Made by a program: the position numbers and the translations under genes
Virus record (IMG/VR): IMGVR_UViG_3300028844_006278
Source: a virus
Length of the DNA: 64,000 nucleotides
Direction: 5' to 3' (one strand)
Shown here: one piece after another, positions 9,098-18,301 of the stretch
Layout of the letters: each line of letters begins with the position of its first letter
Numbering within the stretch: the first letter of the stretch is position 1
Notes under the pieces: model-generated
The model's database searches: none
What the model was told of the DNA's origin: nothing
Seen by the model: the letters and a program-made list of their open reading frames with translations, nothing else

Positions 9098-10329
9098 GCG
9101 GAGGATGCCGGTTCTGGGGGACGGAAGTAGACAGCAGTGTCTCGGGATACAGGATTATCCGGCCCAGCAGGTCCGAGATGCGTATGAGATACGGTAAGGT
9201 CTATATCTACCCGGTATGAGTAGATAGGATCGTTTGTCAAGAGCGTTCCCAGCAATACGACCGCGAAGTCTGCATACATCTCCGCTCCTGTAGTGATATC
9301 TCCTCCCGATATCATCTCTACCTGAACTTGGCTTGCGCTCGGGAAGGTAACTCCGAGACCTCCGATATCTGCAGAGCACCGCTCTTGCCGGACGAGCGGT
9401 ATGACGTCTGTGATGGAGTCGGAAATGCCGGCCCAGCTAGACACATTGCCGCCGCTATCGATCTTCTTGAAGGATAGCAGGAACTGGAAGGTAACGCCGT
9501 TCACTCCGTCCCCTATATCTCGGTCAGATATGTTGCGGTAGAGTCCTGCGACCACTACGGATTGTCCGTATGCCTGCGCGGACAGCTTAACTGTAGAGTT
9601 GTGGACTAGGTAGTCCCAGTACTTACGGGAGGACATAAACTGCTGAAGTGTCCCTGTTGCAGCCTCCCGAACTCCTCCGTCCGGATGGGCAGGAATGCTC
9701 CCGGAGTCCGTCGAGTTGTCGTAGCTGAGGGAGAAGACATAGTCGTAGAAGGCCTCTATTCGATTGAGGTACTCTTCTAGTCGATAGTATTGCGGGCAGT
9801 CCAGGCACGGCGCACACGCGTCTGTGTACACTAGCTCCGCGCCTGTTAGCATAGAGGTAGATGACGCACCATACTCGGGTATCACGTACCGGCCGTCCTG
9901 GGGGTACCCAGCACCTAGGTCGGATTCGAACTCTCCGGCCGCCACACAGGCGTCCCCTGTTAGGAACACTGCCCCGGATATATCTTCAGCATATGTCTGA
10001 TTTACAGATGTCGTGAAGATGGACCGGTCTGAAAATACCCACGCTCTGCGGCGTACGTCCAGCTCCTCTCCAGATGAGATCTCGCCTTCTCCAATGTATG
10101 CCAGTGCGTTGAACTTCTGCCTATAGTACGGATCCTCTCCTCCGGCATCCGGGTCCAGCTCCAGGAGGATGTCCTCGTCGTCGAGCTCTGTATTGAACGA
10201 GACATTAGCTCCAGCTACTAACGATACGCCCCCGTCCTGGACTATGTCGATACTTCCGTCAGCGTGCTCTACGCATAAGCTAACCAGCCTGCGCAGGGAC
10301 GCATCTGTGTCGTCGCAGTTTGAGGACAT
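9094..10329 (-). CDS. Tail structural protein with CxxC and helical segment
   Basis: 411 aa; TTSVNQTY...GAVFLTGDAC and DACAPCLDC resemble the C-terminal part of 10333..11313. Confidence 0.65.
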   Translation of the reverse strand: MSSNCDDTDASLRRLVSLCVEHADGSIDIVQDGGVSLVAGANVSFNTELDDEDILLELDPDAGGEDPYYRQKFNALAYIGEGEISSGEELDVRRRAWVFSDRSIFTTSVNQTYAEDISGAVFLTGDACVAAGEFESDLGAGYPQDGRYVIPEYGASSTSMLTGAELVYTDACAPCLDCPQYYRLEEYLNRIEAFYDYVFSLSYDNSTDSGSIPAHPDGGVREAATGTLQQFMSSRKYWDYLVHNSTVKLSAQAYGQSVVVAGLYRNISDRDIGDGVNGVTFQFLLSFKKIDSGGNVSSWAGISDSITDVIPLVRQERCSADIGGLGVTFPSASQVQVEMISGGDITTGAEMYADFAVVLLGTLLTNDPIYSYRVDIDLTVSHTHLGPAGPDNPVSRDTAVYFRPPEPASSA

Positions 10330-10332
10330 GTA

Positions 10333-11313
10333 CTAGACCTCCGAACCGAGTACAAGCAGCTTATTCTGTATGCTGGAGATAGCCGAACTGGTAGAGTCGT
10401 AGAACGCTTTGAGCGTGGCGTATCGCTGGTTAAGGTTAGCGATGGATGCTAAGATATTGTCTATGTTAGTGTCCTCATCGCAACAAGGTCTGGCACATGG
10501 ATTAGAGATGACCACCGAGTGGCTGCCCTCCGCCTCTATGGCGGTACAGTCTCCTCCTAGGATGTTAAAATTCCTATTCGGATCCGGCAGCATGCCGTTT
10601 ATCGTGCGGATAGGTCTGCCGTACAGGTCGGTGAGTGCCGCTAGTACGTCCTCGTCGTTAGATAGCTGTAGGGTGGAGCCGGCGTTTAGGGAGGCAGATA
10701 CTGTGACAACCGTCTCGGTGTCCCCTCCGTCTAATGTCCGGGTATCTACGTCCAACGATACATTGGCCCCTTCCTTTAGCTTCACGTTGCCTGTGTATAG
10801 TCGGTTGTTTATCGATATGTACTGGACATTTAGAAGGCCCTTGGACACACGGGTCTGCAGTATCTTGGTGGACTTATCCGTCGTACTCTGGTCGAAGCTC
10901 CACGATCCGAGACTACGGACAGTGTCGACACACTCTCCTATAGTGATCTGCCCTGTCATGTAGTAGAGCGGGGAGAGCGCGCCTCCCCCTGTATACTCGT
11001 AAGGCGTGAAGTCATACGTGGAATGAGGATCTGCGGATGTGTCGATGCTGCGGAATACCCCTAGAGGGGATGTGATAAGCGCGTCATCATATCCTACCTC
11101 TATGTCGATGAAGTTTTTACGTACAACGACTCTCTCGATATAGAACTGACTCTTGTCCACCTCCGGAAGGCACGGCACACATAGGAATATGTCTGAGATA
11201 AGTGAACTCGGCATCGTAAACGACCCAGTAGCGTCCACTGCCCCGTTATCGTCTTCTATGGGGTAGGAGCGATGCAGGTTCTCGTCCAAGAATTCTAGTA
11301 AAATAGCAGACAT
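10333..11313 (-). CDS. Baseplate/fibre-associated protein (paralog family) with C-terminal coiled coil
   Basis: EFLDENLHRSYPI...LISDIFL; IRTINGMLPDPNRNFNI; NPCARPCC followed by heptads. Confidence 0.72.
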   Translation of the reverse strand: MSAILLEFLDENLHRSYPIEDDNGAVDATGSFTMPSSLISDIFLCVPCLPEVDKSQFYIERVVVRKNFIDIEVGYDDALITSPLGVFRSIDTSADPHSTYDFTPYEYTGGGALSPLYYMTGQITIGECVDTVRSLGSWSFDQSTTDKSTKILQTRVSKGLLNVQYISINNRLYTGNVKLKEGANVSLDVDTRTLDGGDTETVVTVSASLNAGSTLQLSNDEDVLAALTDLYGRPIRTINGMLPDPNRNFNILGGDCTAIEAEGSHSVVISNPCARPCCDEDTNIDNILASIANLNQRYATLKAFYDSTSSAISSIQNKLLVLGSEV

Positions 11314-11327
11314 ATTCTATTTCTCCT

Positions 11328-12947
11328 CTAGGTAAGGAAGAGTCGGATGCCTGTGTTAAGCAATCGGTAGGCAGGGTCTGGAGTAGCTGCGGCTAGTGAA
11401 TAGGACACCGCTCCACGGCTATACCCGGTAAGGTCGTACGATCCCGCGCTCTCGACATAGTAGACATCTGTGCTGCTAATAGATGACGGGAATGCCGGGA
11501 ACGTATCGGCTGCCTCTGCAGTAGGTGTTACACCCGCTACGTCCGGAGTAGGTAACAGAGATACAGAGATATCTGGTGGAGTCTGACTGGCGCCGGGTGC
11601 CAGGAATTGCGCGAACACCTTCATAGAGTAGGACACATCTCCCAGATTCGGAAGGACTACGCGATACGAGGCCGACGAAGTACGATTAGAGGGAAACAGC
11701 GTAAGTACTTGTACGCCTTCTACCGTAGTGATAGAGTTATTGAGATTCTGCGTATCGGCTTGGAGCATGAGGTCGTTGAACAGCTCTACCTCTACCGTGA
11801 CGTCGCCCACTCCGTCGCCTTGAGGAGACGACCGGGTAAGGCCTATCCCCACACTGACCGAAGACACTACTGGCCCTCGCTTCTGCACGTGGTCCGCTAT
11901 CTCTTTGACAACGATGTGTCCCTCAGTATCTGAGGCCTCCTCCATCTCCAGGATAGTGAGAGATACGAGTCCGTTACTCTCCGCAACTGACAGAGCATTG
12001 GGGGAGAGGCTCCGGAGGGCGGTGATGATTGAGATGCCGTGGGAGTCGGCAGATGTGACTACCATCTCGATATCGCACTCAGGAGCGGCAAAGTCGTTCC
12101 ACCATATCCCGTTCTCGTCTAGTACGACGGAAGTCTCGTCTACATGTAGGCCGCCGAGGTCGCAGGCAGCAGTACTAGATCCCTCGGCCGTGTCTGCGTG
12201 GTACAGGTAGACAAAGCTGGGATCCCCTACAGTAGGGAGTAAAGCATCTCCGACGTTCTGCTCGATAGAGCTGGTGGCTGTAAGGTCGTAGCCGTACTGA
12301 GCGCCATCTGGAACAAGGGATGCGTCGAAAGAGCCGGCCGCATCCCAGTCGTCCGTCCGTAGTCGGTAGCTCCTATGCGTATGTGTGATAGGCTCGTGCT
12401 GCGGGGGAAATACCCGTATTACGCCGCCGTCCGAGGCGTATAGGGTACGTACGCGCATCGCAGGAGGATCGAGCTCCACCGTTCCAGGAGAGGTCATCGA
12501 CAGATAGTAGGTACCGGCGGATGGACTAGCTGTTCCGAATAGGTTAGTAGTGGCGGAAGTATCCAGAACGGCAAAGCCGTTAATGAGGATATCACCCACT
12601 CTATCCGCAGACTTAGCCGTAACTACCCCGACATAGATGGCAGAATCTGCGGGGTACAGTTCTGTGCCGCCCTCGGATAGAGATCTCCACTGGGCCGTAG
12701 CCTTATCGTGTACGAGTGCGTCGGGGTCGTAGTAGACCACTGTGCCCGTTGATATGCTTTCCGCAAGAGGGGCGTCCCGGAAGACAAGCTGCTCTCCCGC
12801 TTCGATAGCATCGACAATGCGCTTAAGAGATGCAGTCCTATCGGCTAAGACTTGGGTAGGTGCGTTGGTGATGGCGGCGTTTACCGGATCTCCGTCGCTA
12901 ACAAAAGGAACGCTCTGCGTCCAGATAGATTCGTCTGTAGGGGGCAT
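11328..12947 (-). CDS. Tail fibre/baseplate-attached structural protein
   Basis: N-terminal DGDPVNAAITNAPTQVLADRTASLK resembles myophage fibre-attachment N-termini; directly follows the baseplate genes. Confidence 0.6.
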   Translation of the reverse strand: MPPTDESIWTQSVPFVSDGDPVNAAITNAPTQVLADRTASLKRIVDAIEAGEQLVFRDAPLAESISTGTVVYYDPDALVHDKATAQWRSLSEGGTELYPADSAIYVGVVTAKSADRVGDILINGFAVLDTSATTNLFGTASPSAGTYYLSMTSPGTVELDPPAMRVRTLYASDGGVIRVFPPQHEPITHTHRSYRLRTDDWDAAGSFDASLVPDGAQYGYDLTATSSIEQNVGDALLPTVGDPSFVYLYHADTAEGSSTAACDLGGLHVDETSVVLDENGIWWNDFAAPECDIEMVVTSADSHGISIITALRSLSPNALSVAESNGLVSLTILEMEEASDTEGHIVVKEIADHVQKRGPVVSSVSVGIGLTRSSPQGDGVGDVTVEVELFNDLMLQADTQNLNNSITTVEGVQVLTLFPSNRTSSASYRVVLPNLGDVSYSMKVFAQFLAPGASQTPPDISVSLLPTPDVAGVTPTAEAADTFPAFPSSISSTDVYYVESAGSYDLTGYSRGAVSYSLAAATPDPAYRLLNTGIRLFLT

Positions 12948-12957
12948 GGTGGTTCCT

Positions 12958-13527
12958 CTATAGGTTGAAGTAGATGCCCCATCGGATGCCGATCTGGGCG
13001 CCCGCGATCTTCGTAAAATGCGAAGGGCCTATATCGTTAAACGAGACGGAGGAAAATAGGATGTCTTGTTGGTAGTCGTCCGGATCGAGATAGGCGAGAG
13101 CAGCTCCGTAGAACTGCGACGTACCGTCCGTTAGGATATTGCCGGCGCCGGCCAGAAGGCCTGTCCCTGTAGTGATGGCTACGAAGGTCACCTTATTGTT
13201 GTTGAAGGCCGCGTCTGTGGTGGAGTAAGAGGGCTGAGCTAGAGTGGCTGCCCGGTCAAAGTTACGTGTGCCTCCCCCGTCGCTGTGGTAGAAGGACGCA
13301 GTTCTCTGTACCGGTGGAGTAACGTCCGTGTACGGGCTGCCGTCATTATCGTAGGCGAAGTACATTCCGTTAACGGATAGCTTTCCGCCTAGGGCCTTAG
13401 CCAGCAGGTCCATGCCTGAATTAACGATGACGTTCTTCTTGCGTGCAAGGACGTGGTCCTGCCCGTCGCGTCGGGCGAAGAGTTCGATCTCGCCGACCGC
13501 CCCTTTATATGTCTCTAGCATATCCAT
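12958..13527 (-). CDS. Baseplate/tail-collar-like protein
   Basis: KKNVIVNSGMDLLAKAL...KIAGAQIGIRWGIYF pattern typical of small fibre-connector proteins. Confidence 0.6.
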   Translation of the reverse strand: MDMLETYKGAVGEIELFARRDGQDHVLARKKNVIVNSGMDLLAKALGGKLSVNGMYFAYDNDGSPYTDVTPPVQRTASFYHSDGGGTRNFDRAATLAQPSYSTTDAAFNNNKVTFVAITTGTGLLAGAGNILTDGTSQFYGAALAYLDPDDYQQDILFSSVSFNDIGPSHFTKIAGAQIGIRWGIYFNL

Positions 13528-13536
13528 AATAGTATT

Positions 13537-14061
13537 CTATCCTCGTAAAATAGGTGAGTATATGAGTGTCTCGGCGACTTGGTCGTGCAGCTCGTCTGGG
13601 AGCTCTGGAGCGTAGAACACATCGACACTTTCGTCTCCGCTACTTAGGGTCAAGCCTTCTTCTATCTCCCTACGTTCTACTAACACAAAGAAGCAGCTAC
13701 CTGCCGGCACTGTTCGTCGGAGTACAGACAATAGCTGGGCGACCAGGGTGCTGTCAAGCAGATCTACCGCTATTTTCAAGAACACGGCATTGTTCCGGAA
13801 GTACGCCTCTCGGATTTCTTCAAACGGTATAATAGTGTCTGGGATCTTGCCGTACTTCTCCGACAGCATGTCGAAAAACGGCAATGTGCTCCCGTTGCCT
13901 GTGTTTATATCGAGGAAGAACTTATCGACGTTCGCCTCGGATCCGCCGACGAAGAAGGTGTATATGTCCTCAGGCACGGAGGCCATCAAAGCCTTAGCTT
14001 CCTCTTCAGTCTCGACGTACCCGATTATCAGGCCGGAGCTGTTTATAATTTTATATCCCAT
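13537..14061 (-). CDS. Putative baseplate wedge-associated protein
   Basis: 174 aa; LRRTVPAG resembles the 'xxKPAH' ends of gpI-like wedge proteins. Confidence 0.5.
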   Translation of the reverse strand: MGYKIINSSGLIIGYVETEEEAKALMASVPEDIYTFFVGGSEANVDKFFLDINTGNGSTLPFFDMLSEKYGKIPDTIIPFEEIREAYFRNNAVFLKIAVDLLDSTLVAQLLSVLRRTVPAGSCFFVLVERREIEEGLTLSSGDESVDVFYAPELPDELHDQVAETLIYSPILRG

Positions 14062-14127
14062 AGGATCCTCGGTATCTGCTTAGGCGCGCTGCCTAATCTA
14101 CACACGTAGCGCAACTATCAAACTACT

Positions 14128-15156
14128 TTACGCCTGTATCGTATACCACCCGGGATGAGTATTCCGCTCAACCGGGACCCGACTGTTTACGAACAAGAGG
14201 CTTCCGGGAATCCCTGGGAGGAATCCCCTGTCGAGGGCGAGTCCTTCGAAATCTTCGAACGGCACACGGTCGCTCCCGGCATTGACGCTAAACGTATCGA
14301 AGATGAGATCTCCCTCGGAGAGGCTGCTTCCTACAGCGGCCGTAGTAACTGCAGAGACTGGTGCGGTATAGACCGCATTGTCTGTCTGTACGCAGAGGCG
14401 ATCGCCTTCCTCGAATACATCGACTACTTCGCCGGAACTGTGCACGTAGTCCGTATCGGACAGTACACCGAGCAAGCGCTTTATATTCCGAGCTGTGGCT
14501 CCGTCTACTCGGAGGTCCCATGCCACATGCACGGCGTCCGTAGATCTACTCTCTGCCCTAGCGTATATGCCCGCCATTGTGCCGAAGAACGAGCACAGGG
14601 CGTTGATGTCCTCTCGTACCTGAAAGCCCCATAGTAAGAAGTCCCTAAGAGTGGAGCCGTCCGCTGCAGAGCGCGGGCGAATAGATATCCCTGCCAGCTG
14701 CAATGGATCTTCGAAGAACGTGATACTATCATCCGATACGTTGAAATCCTCCCCGGCCGTCAAAATCGTCCCGGGTGCCTGTATCCCTACTGATAGAAAC
14801 TTAGGCGAAAATCCCTTATCTATAGGGAAGGTGCGATTCTCCGTAGATAGGGTGTTCTCCCCGTATAGCGCGCCCGTGCCGCCGTAGGTGAGTCCCTCGT
14901 CTCCGTAAGTGTGTGCCGTAGTGTCTTCATCTGCCTCGCTGAATAGGAAGATCCGTGCATCTGTGTCCACGGTATCTGGTATTTCATACCTACTGAGGTA
15001 GCTGCCCATGCTATTGGCCGCCTTGTTCAGCCCGTCCAGGGGAACAGCAAAGGAGGTAGCGTAGCTGTCGACAAAGTCGGAGTCTAGGAATACCTGAGTC
15101 CAGAAATGTCCTAGCAGACGTATTGTCTCCTCTCTGGAGCGAGTCAGTGCGCTCAT
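14128..15156 (-). CDS. Putative baseplate wedge protein
   Basis: Directly follows baseplate J; 342 aa. Confidence 0.55.
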   Translation of the reverse strand: MSALTRSREETIRLLGHFWTQVFLDSDFVDSYATSFAVPLDGLNKAANSMGSYLSRYEIPDTVDTDARIFLFSEADEDTTAHTYGDEGLTYGGTGALYGENTLSTENRTFPIDKGFSPKFLSVGIQAPGTILTAGEDFNVSDDSITFFEDPLQLAGISIRPRSAADGSTLRDFLLWGFQVREDINALCSFFGTMAGIYARAESRSTDAVHVAWDLRVDGATARNIKRLLGVLSDTDYVHSSGEVVDVFEEGDRLCVQTDNAVYTAPVSAVTTAAVGSSLSEGDLIFDTFSVNAGSDRVPFEDFEGLALDRGFLPGIPGSLLFVNSRVPVERNTHPGWYTIQA

Positions 15157-15157
15157 C

Positions 15158-16729
15158 CTAGGACCCCTCGGACACAGCGATGTTTACATCAGACGGGAAG
15201 CAGAAGAACTGGCAGTTCTCGAAGGATATTCCGGTATCCGTGGGAGGCTTTACGTAGTTCTGGCTGCTTGTGTACGCCGTACTGCCGTCTGGGAGATACA
15301 AGGTGGCCCGAAGGTTAATCGGCATCCTCACGGTCCCCTCAGGAGACAGTCTCTGACATGCGCTCGCCAAATCTGACGTGTACAGCGCCTCGATTCCAAT
15401 TGGCTTTCCGTTGATAACATCAGCCACAGCTTGTTGGAACTCGGCAGCCTCTGGAACGATAACTCCGGATCTGTGGGATATGTCGATGTCGGCCTCTATA
15501 ACTATAGGGATCACCGCCTTTACCACGTGATCGAACACCATGCTCCGGACGCCCTCGCCGTTTAGGAAGTCCTGTGTCTCGGAGACTCCCGGCATGTACA
15601 GAACTCGCGCAGTGAAGATAGCCTCAGTAGCGCTGGGATCTCCGATGTCTGCCTCGAATGCTACTGTCAGTGTCTGGTACTTGCTATATCGAGCCTGGGC
15701 TGCCGATTCGACTAGCGGCCAGCCTCCGGTAGCGGAGTAGCCGACCGTGCTCTGTAGGCCGGCGTTGATGAGCTGGTTGTCGTAGGTAATCTGAGTAACC
15801 GCGTACGCTCCCGCAAAGGAGGCGGCAGGTACTTCCAGTTCCCACGAACCGTCGTCTTGTTTGTGCGCTGTGATTGGGGCATCCTGCGCGACCGGCACTA
15901 CTGCGGTCCGGATATAGGCATCTACGCGTCCGCCGGAGCTTATTCCTCCGTTATTGACCGAGTCCCGGGTCTGCAAGGCATCTCCCATTCCGAATACTCT
16001 AGCGTCCTGTACGATAAGGTCCTCGTTGCTGACTAGGAACTGCTGGATGTTATCCTTGCCTGTAAGGACCTTCGCATTCACACCTAGGCGAGCCCTATCT
16101 AGCAGCTGAGCGTTTGTCTCCTCGGCAGAGCCTCCTGTAAAGGTGGATCCTATCTCGACGGACGAGACATTAGAGTCGGAGACGTCGGACGTACAAGGGA
16201 GGCCGGCCGACAGTGTTGACGTTAGAGGCTCTACCGTGCTGGCTTGGATGGAGAACACCTTACGGCCGCCACCTAGATCGACGAACGGCACGTACGTTAC
16301 AGTATCTGTGTCCTCGTACACCGTGGTTCCCGCCACACCGACATACGACTTCAATGGTCTGATAGAGACGCCGCTACATATAAATGAAGCTGAGGCCGGG
16401 ATGTAGATGTTGTTGTTCCCGTTAGTGTAGATGTTGAGGGATCCCGAGGCGGACGATCCCTCCTTCCGGGTGACATTGTAGTTAGACAGGAGGTTATCCA
16501 CTAACTCGTCGTCCGGGGAGTCTGAGTTAAGGACCTGTGCTAGGGAGTAGTTGTCCCGCACGGTCTCTAGGTCTACGTCCTGCTTTGCAAAGTAATAGGA
16601 CGCAGGCTTGATCAGCAGCTCGAACAACACAGTGCCGGTAGACACGTCTATTGTCGGATAGGTCTCCGTTAGTAGCTGCTGGAGCTCTGTTGCTATTCTA
16701 TCCTGCTTCTCTGAGAAAGACTCATCCAT
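15158..16729 (-). CDS. Baseplate J-like wedge protein
   Basis: DVSTGTVLFELLIKP, TRKEGSSASG, FTGGSAEETNAQLLDRA, GGRVDAYIR. Confidence 0.88.
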   Translation of the reverse strand: MDESFSEKQDRIATELQQLLTETYPTIDVSTGTVLFELLIKPASYYFAKQDVDLETVRDNYSLAQVLNSDSPDDELVDNLLSNYNVTRKEGSSASGSLNIYTNGNNNIYIPASASFICSGVSIRPLKSYVGVAGTTVYEDTDTVTYVPFVDLGGGRKVFSIQASTVEPLTSTLSAGLPCTSDVSDSNVSSVEIGSTFTGGSAEETNAQLLDRARLGVNAKVLTGKDNIQQFLVSNEDLIVQDARVFGMGDALQTRDSVNNGGISSGGRVDAYIRTAVVPVAQDAPITAHKQDDGSWELEVPAASFAGAYAVTQITYDNQLINAGLQSTVGYSATGGWPLVESAAQARYSKYQTLTVAFEADIGDPSATEAIFTARVLYMPGVSETQDFLNGEGVRSMVFDHVVKAVIPIVIEADIDISHRSGVIVPEAAEFQQAVADVINGKPIGIEALYTSDLASACQRLSPEGTVRMPINLRATLYLPDGSTAYTSSQNYVKPPTDTGISFENCQFFCFPSDVNIAVSEGS

Positions 16730-17153
16730 TAGACTGCTCCGCGCTGATATTATCGATAGGGACGTTAACCGTAAAGAACTCGCCCGCCAGTGACTCTATC
16801 GTAAGATCTACGGCAACGGTACCTCTATCTGTGGTAGTGGCTTGAACCCTATATGACGACAGCTGCTCATCTGCAGATACATCTGCCGGGTACGTGAGCT
16901 CTAGGTCGTCTTTTACTTTATCCAGGGCTAATGTGAAAAGGTTGTTTAGGAAATCCGGACGACTGTTAGCAGAAATAGTCTCTGTGGCCAGGTTGGTTCC
17001 TATCCCAAGATTCGTAGAGACCGAGGAGTCCGTAAATAGAAGGACCAGTATCTTCTGCACCAGCTTATAGATGCCGTCGTTCGCAAGGTTCGCGATCCGT
17101 AGATCCGACACTGAGTCTGCAGGGTCTCCTAGTATAGCTAGATCTAAGCTCAT
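16722..17153 (-). CDS. gp25/gpW-like baseplate protein
   Basis: GIYKLVQKILVLLFT...GIGTNL; 143 aa, just upstream of J. Confidence 0.7.
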   Translation of the reverse strand: MSLDLAILGDPADSVSDLRIANLANDGIYKLVQKILVLLFTDSSVSTNLGIGTNLATETISANSRPDFLNNLFTLALDKVKDDLELTYPADVSADEQLSSYRVQATTTDRGTVAVDLTIESLAGEFFTVNVPIDNISAEQSNG

Positions 17154-17572
17154 CCTGCCAGCCTCACGTCCCCTACAAGGGAGTTGGTGTTATCCAAGTA
17201 CTCCGGATTTGCCCGAGTACCTATCTCCGGTAGTAGTGCCTGTAGCACTCCTCCTGCATCTATGGCCCGGCGCTTACTGGTGAATATGCCTGCCCACTTA
17301 CTTATACGGTTACATCGTCCGCTCTCGTATGCACGCTGATAGTTCGCAAGAAAGGCGTTCGCCTCTAGCGCATTAATCAGAGTAGCCTGCCGGACAGAGG
17401 CTGTGTTTGCCAGAATGGAGATAAGCTCTCCGATATTCTGAGACAGCCACTGCGGAGTAAGCGCGACCTGCAGAGCTTCAAACGTGTCGTCCGATGCATC
17501 TAGACCCAGGATCTGGTCGATCTCGGCCGAATACTGGTCCGCTAGCAGTCTGCATAGCTCCCGTGGTGTCAT
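17150..17572 (-). CDS. Hypothetical protein
   Basis: 140-aa ORF with 4-nt overlaps on both sides. Confidence 0.7.
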   Translation of the reverse strand: MTPRELCRLLADQYSAEIDQILGLDASDDTFEALQVALTPQWLSQNIGELISILANTASVRQATLINALEANAFLANYQRAYESGRCNRISKWAGIFTSKRRAIDAGGVLQALLPEIGTRANPEYLDNTNSLVGDVRLAG

Positions 17573-18285
17573 GCCTTAACCTCCTCTAACTTCTGAACGA
17601 TCTTAGATACCCGCTGACTGATAGCTGGCTGAGATATGCCTAGCTTTGTAGCGATCTCCTTCTTACTTAGACGCGCTGCTCCGTTATATCCCGTAGTCCA
17701 CTCGAAGATCTTCTTATCTTTCTCTCCGAGATCGAAATACACGTAGTCGACCCATATATCTGAGGCGCTCTTCGACTTGCCAGCTAGATCACCTTTATCG
17801 GAGAGCGCTCGAGAGGTCGGAGCCTCCTTCAGTCTGGTTCTGTTTATCCGTTCCACAGATATGGACAATCCGTCCGCGATCGCTGTGTCGCTGGGTTCGC
17901 GTCCGTGAATGTCGGTATACTCTCGCGTGAACTCGTCCACTTGTCTGCGGTCGGTATGGGTCTGCTCTGGGAAGTGTAGGGCGTTCTGTCGCTTTGCCTT
18001 GATTCGGTTCAGGCGGCGTAGATGGTTGTAGACGTGCGTATTGAGAGCCGCGCCTCTGGTGGGATCGTAGCTCTTTATAGCATCTACAGCGAGGACACGC
18101 GCCTTTGTACGATACGCCTTATCTCCGCCTGCGTGCGCGGTAAGGCCGGACTTAACGGCGGGCTCTACCTCTTTTAGCACCGCATATAGATTATCGTCTG
18201 TAGGTGACTTCTTCCATTTCTCGAACGACTCCGGACCTGTTAGCTCGGATGTCTTCCTAAATTGTCCTTTGAGGCCGGGATGCAT
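17569..18285 (-). CDS. Sigma70-family sigma factor (alternative type, regions 2-3-4)
   Basis: Region 2 AIKSYDPTRGAALNTH; region 3 GREPSDTAIADGL; region 4 HTH LSKKEIATKLGISQPAISQR. Confidence 0.9.
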   Translation of the reverse strand: MHPGLKGQFRKTSELTGPESFEKWKKSPTDDNLYAVLKEVEPAVKSGLTAHAGGDKAYRTKARVLAVDAIKSYDPTRGAALNTHVYNHLRRLNRIKAKRQNALHFPEQTHTDRRQVDEFTREYTDIHGREPSDTAIADGLSISVERINRTRLKEAPTSRALSDKGDLAGKSKSASDIWVDYVYFDLGEKDKKIFEWTTGYNGAARLSKKEIATKLGISQPAISQRVSKIVQKLEEVKA

Positions 18286-18301
18286 AGTATCTCTCTCGTC
18301 T

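Noticed and set aside
14062-14130. Readthrough joining the in-frame ORFs 14128..15156 and 13537..14061
   Set aside because: Two in-frame stops (TAA 14130, TAG 14100), and the second ORF has its own GAGG SD. An ancestral gene split remains possible but cannot be tested here.
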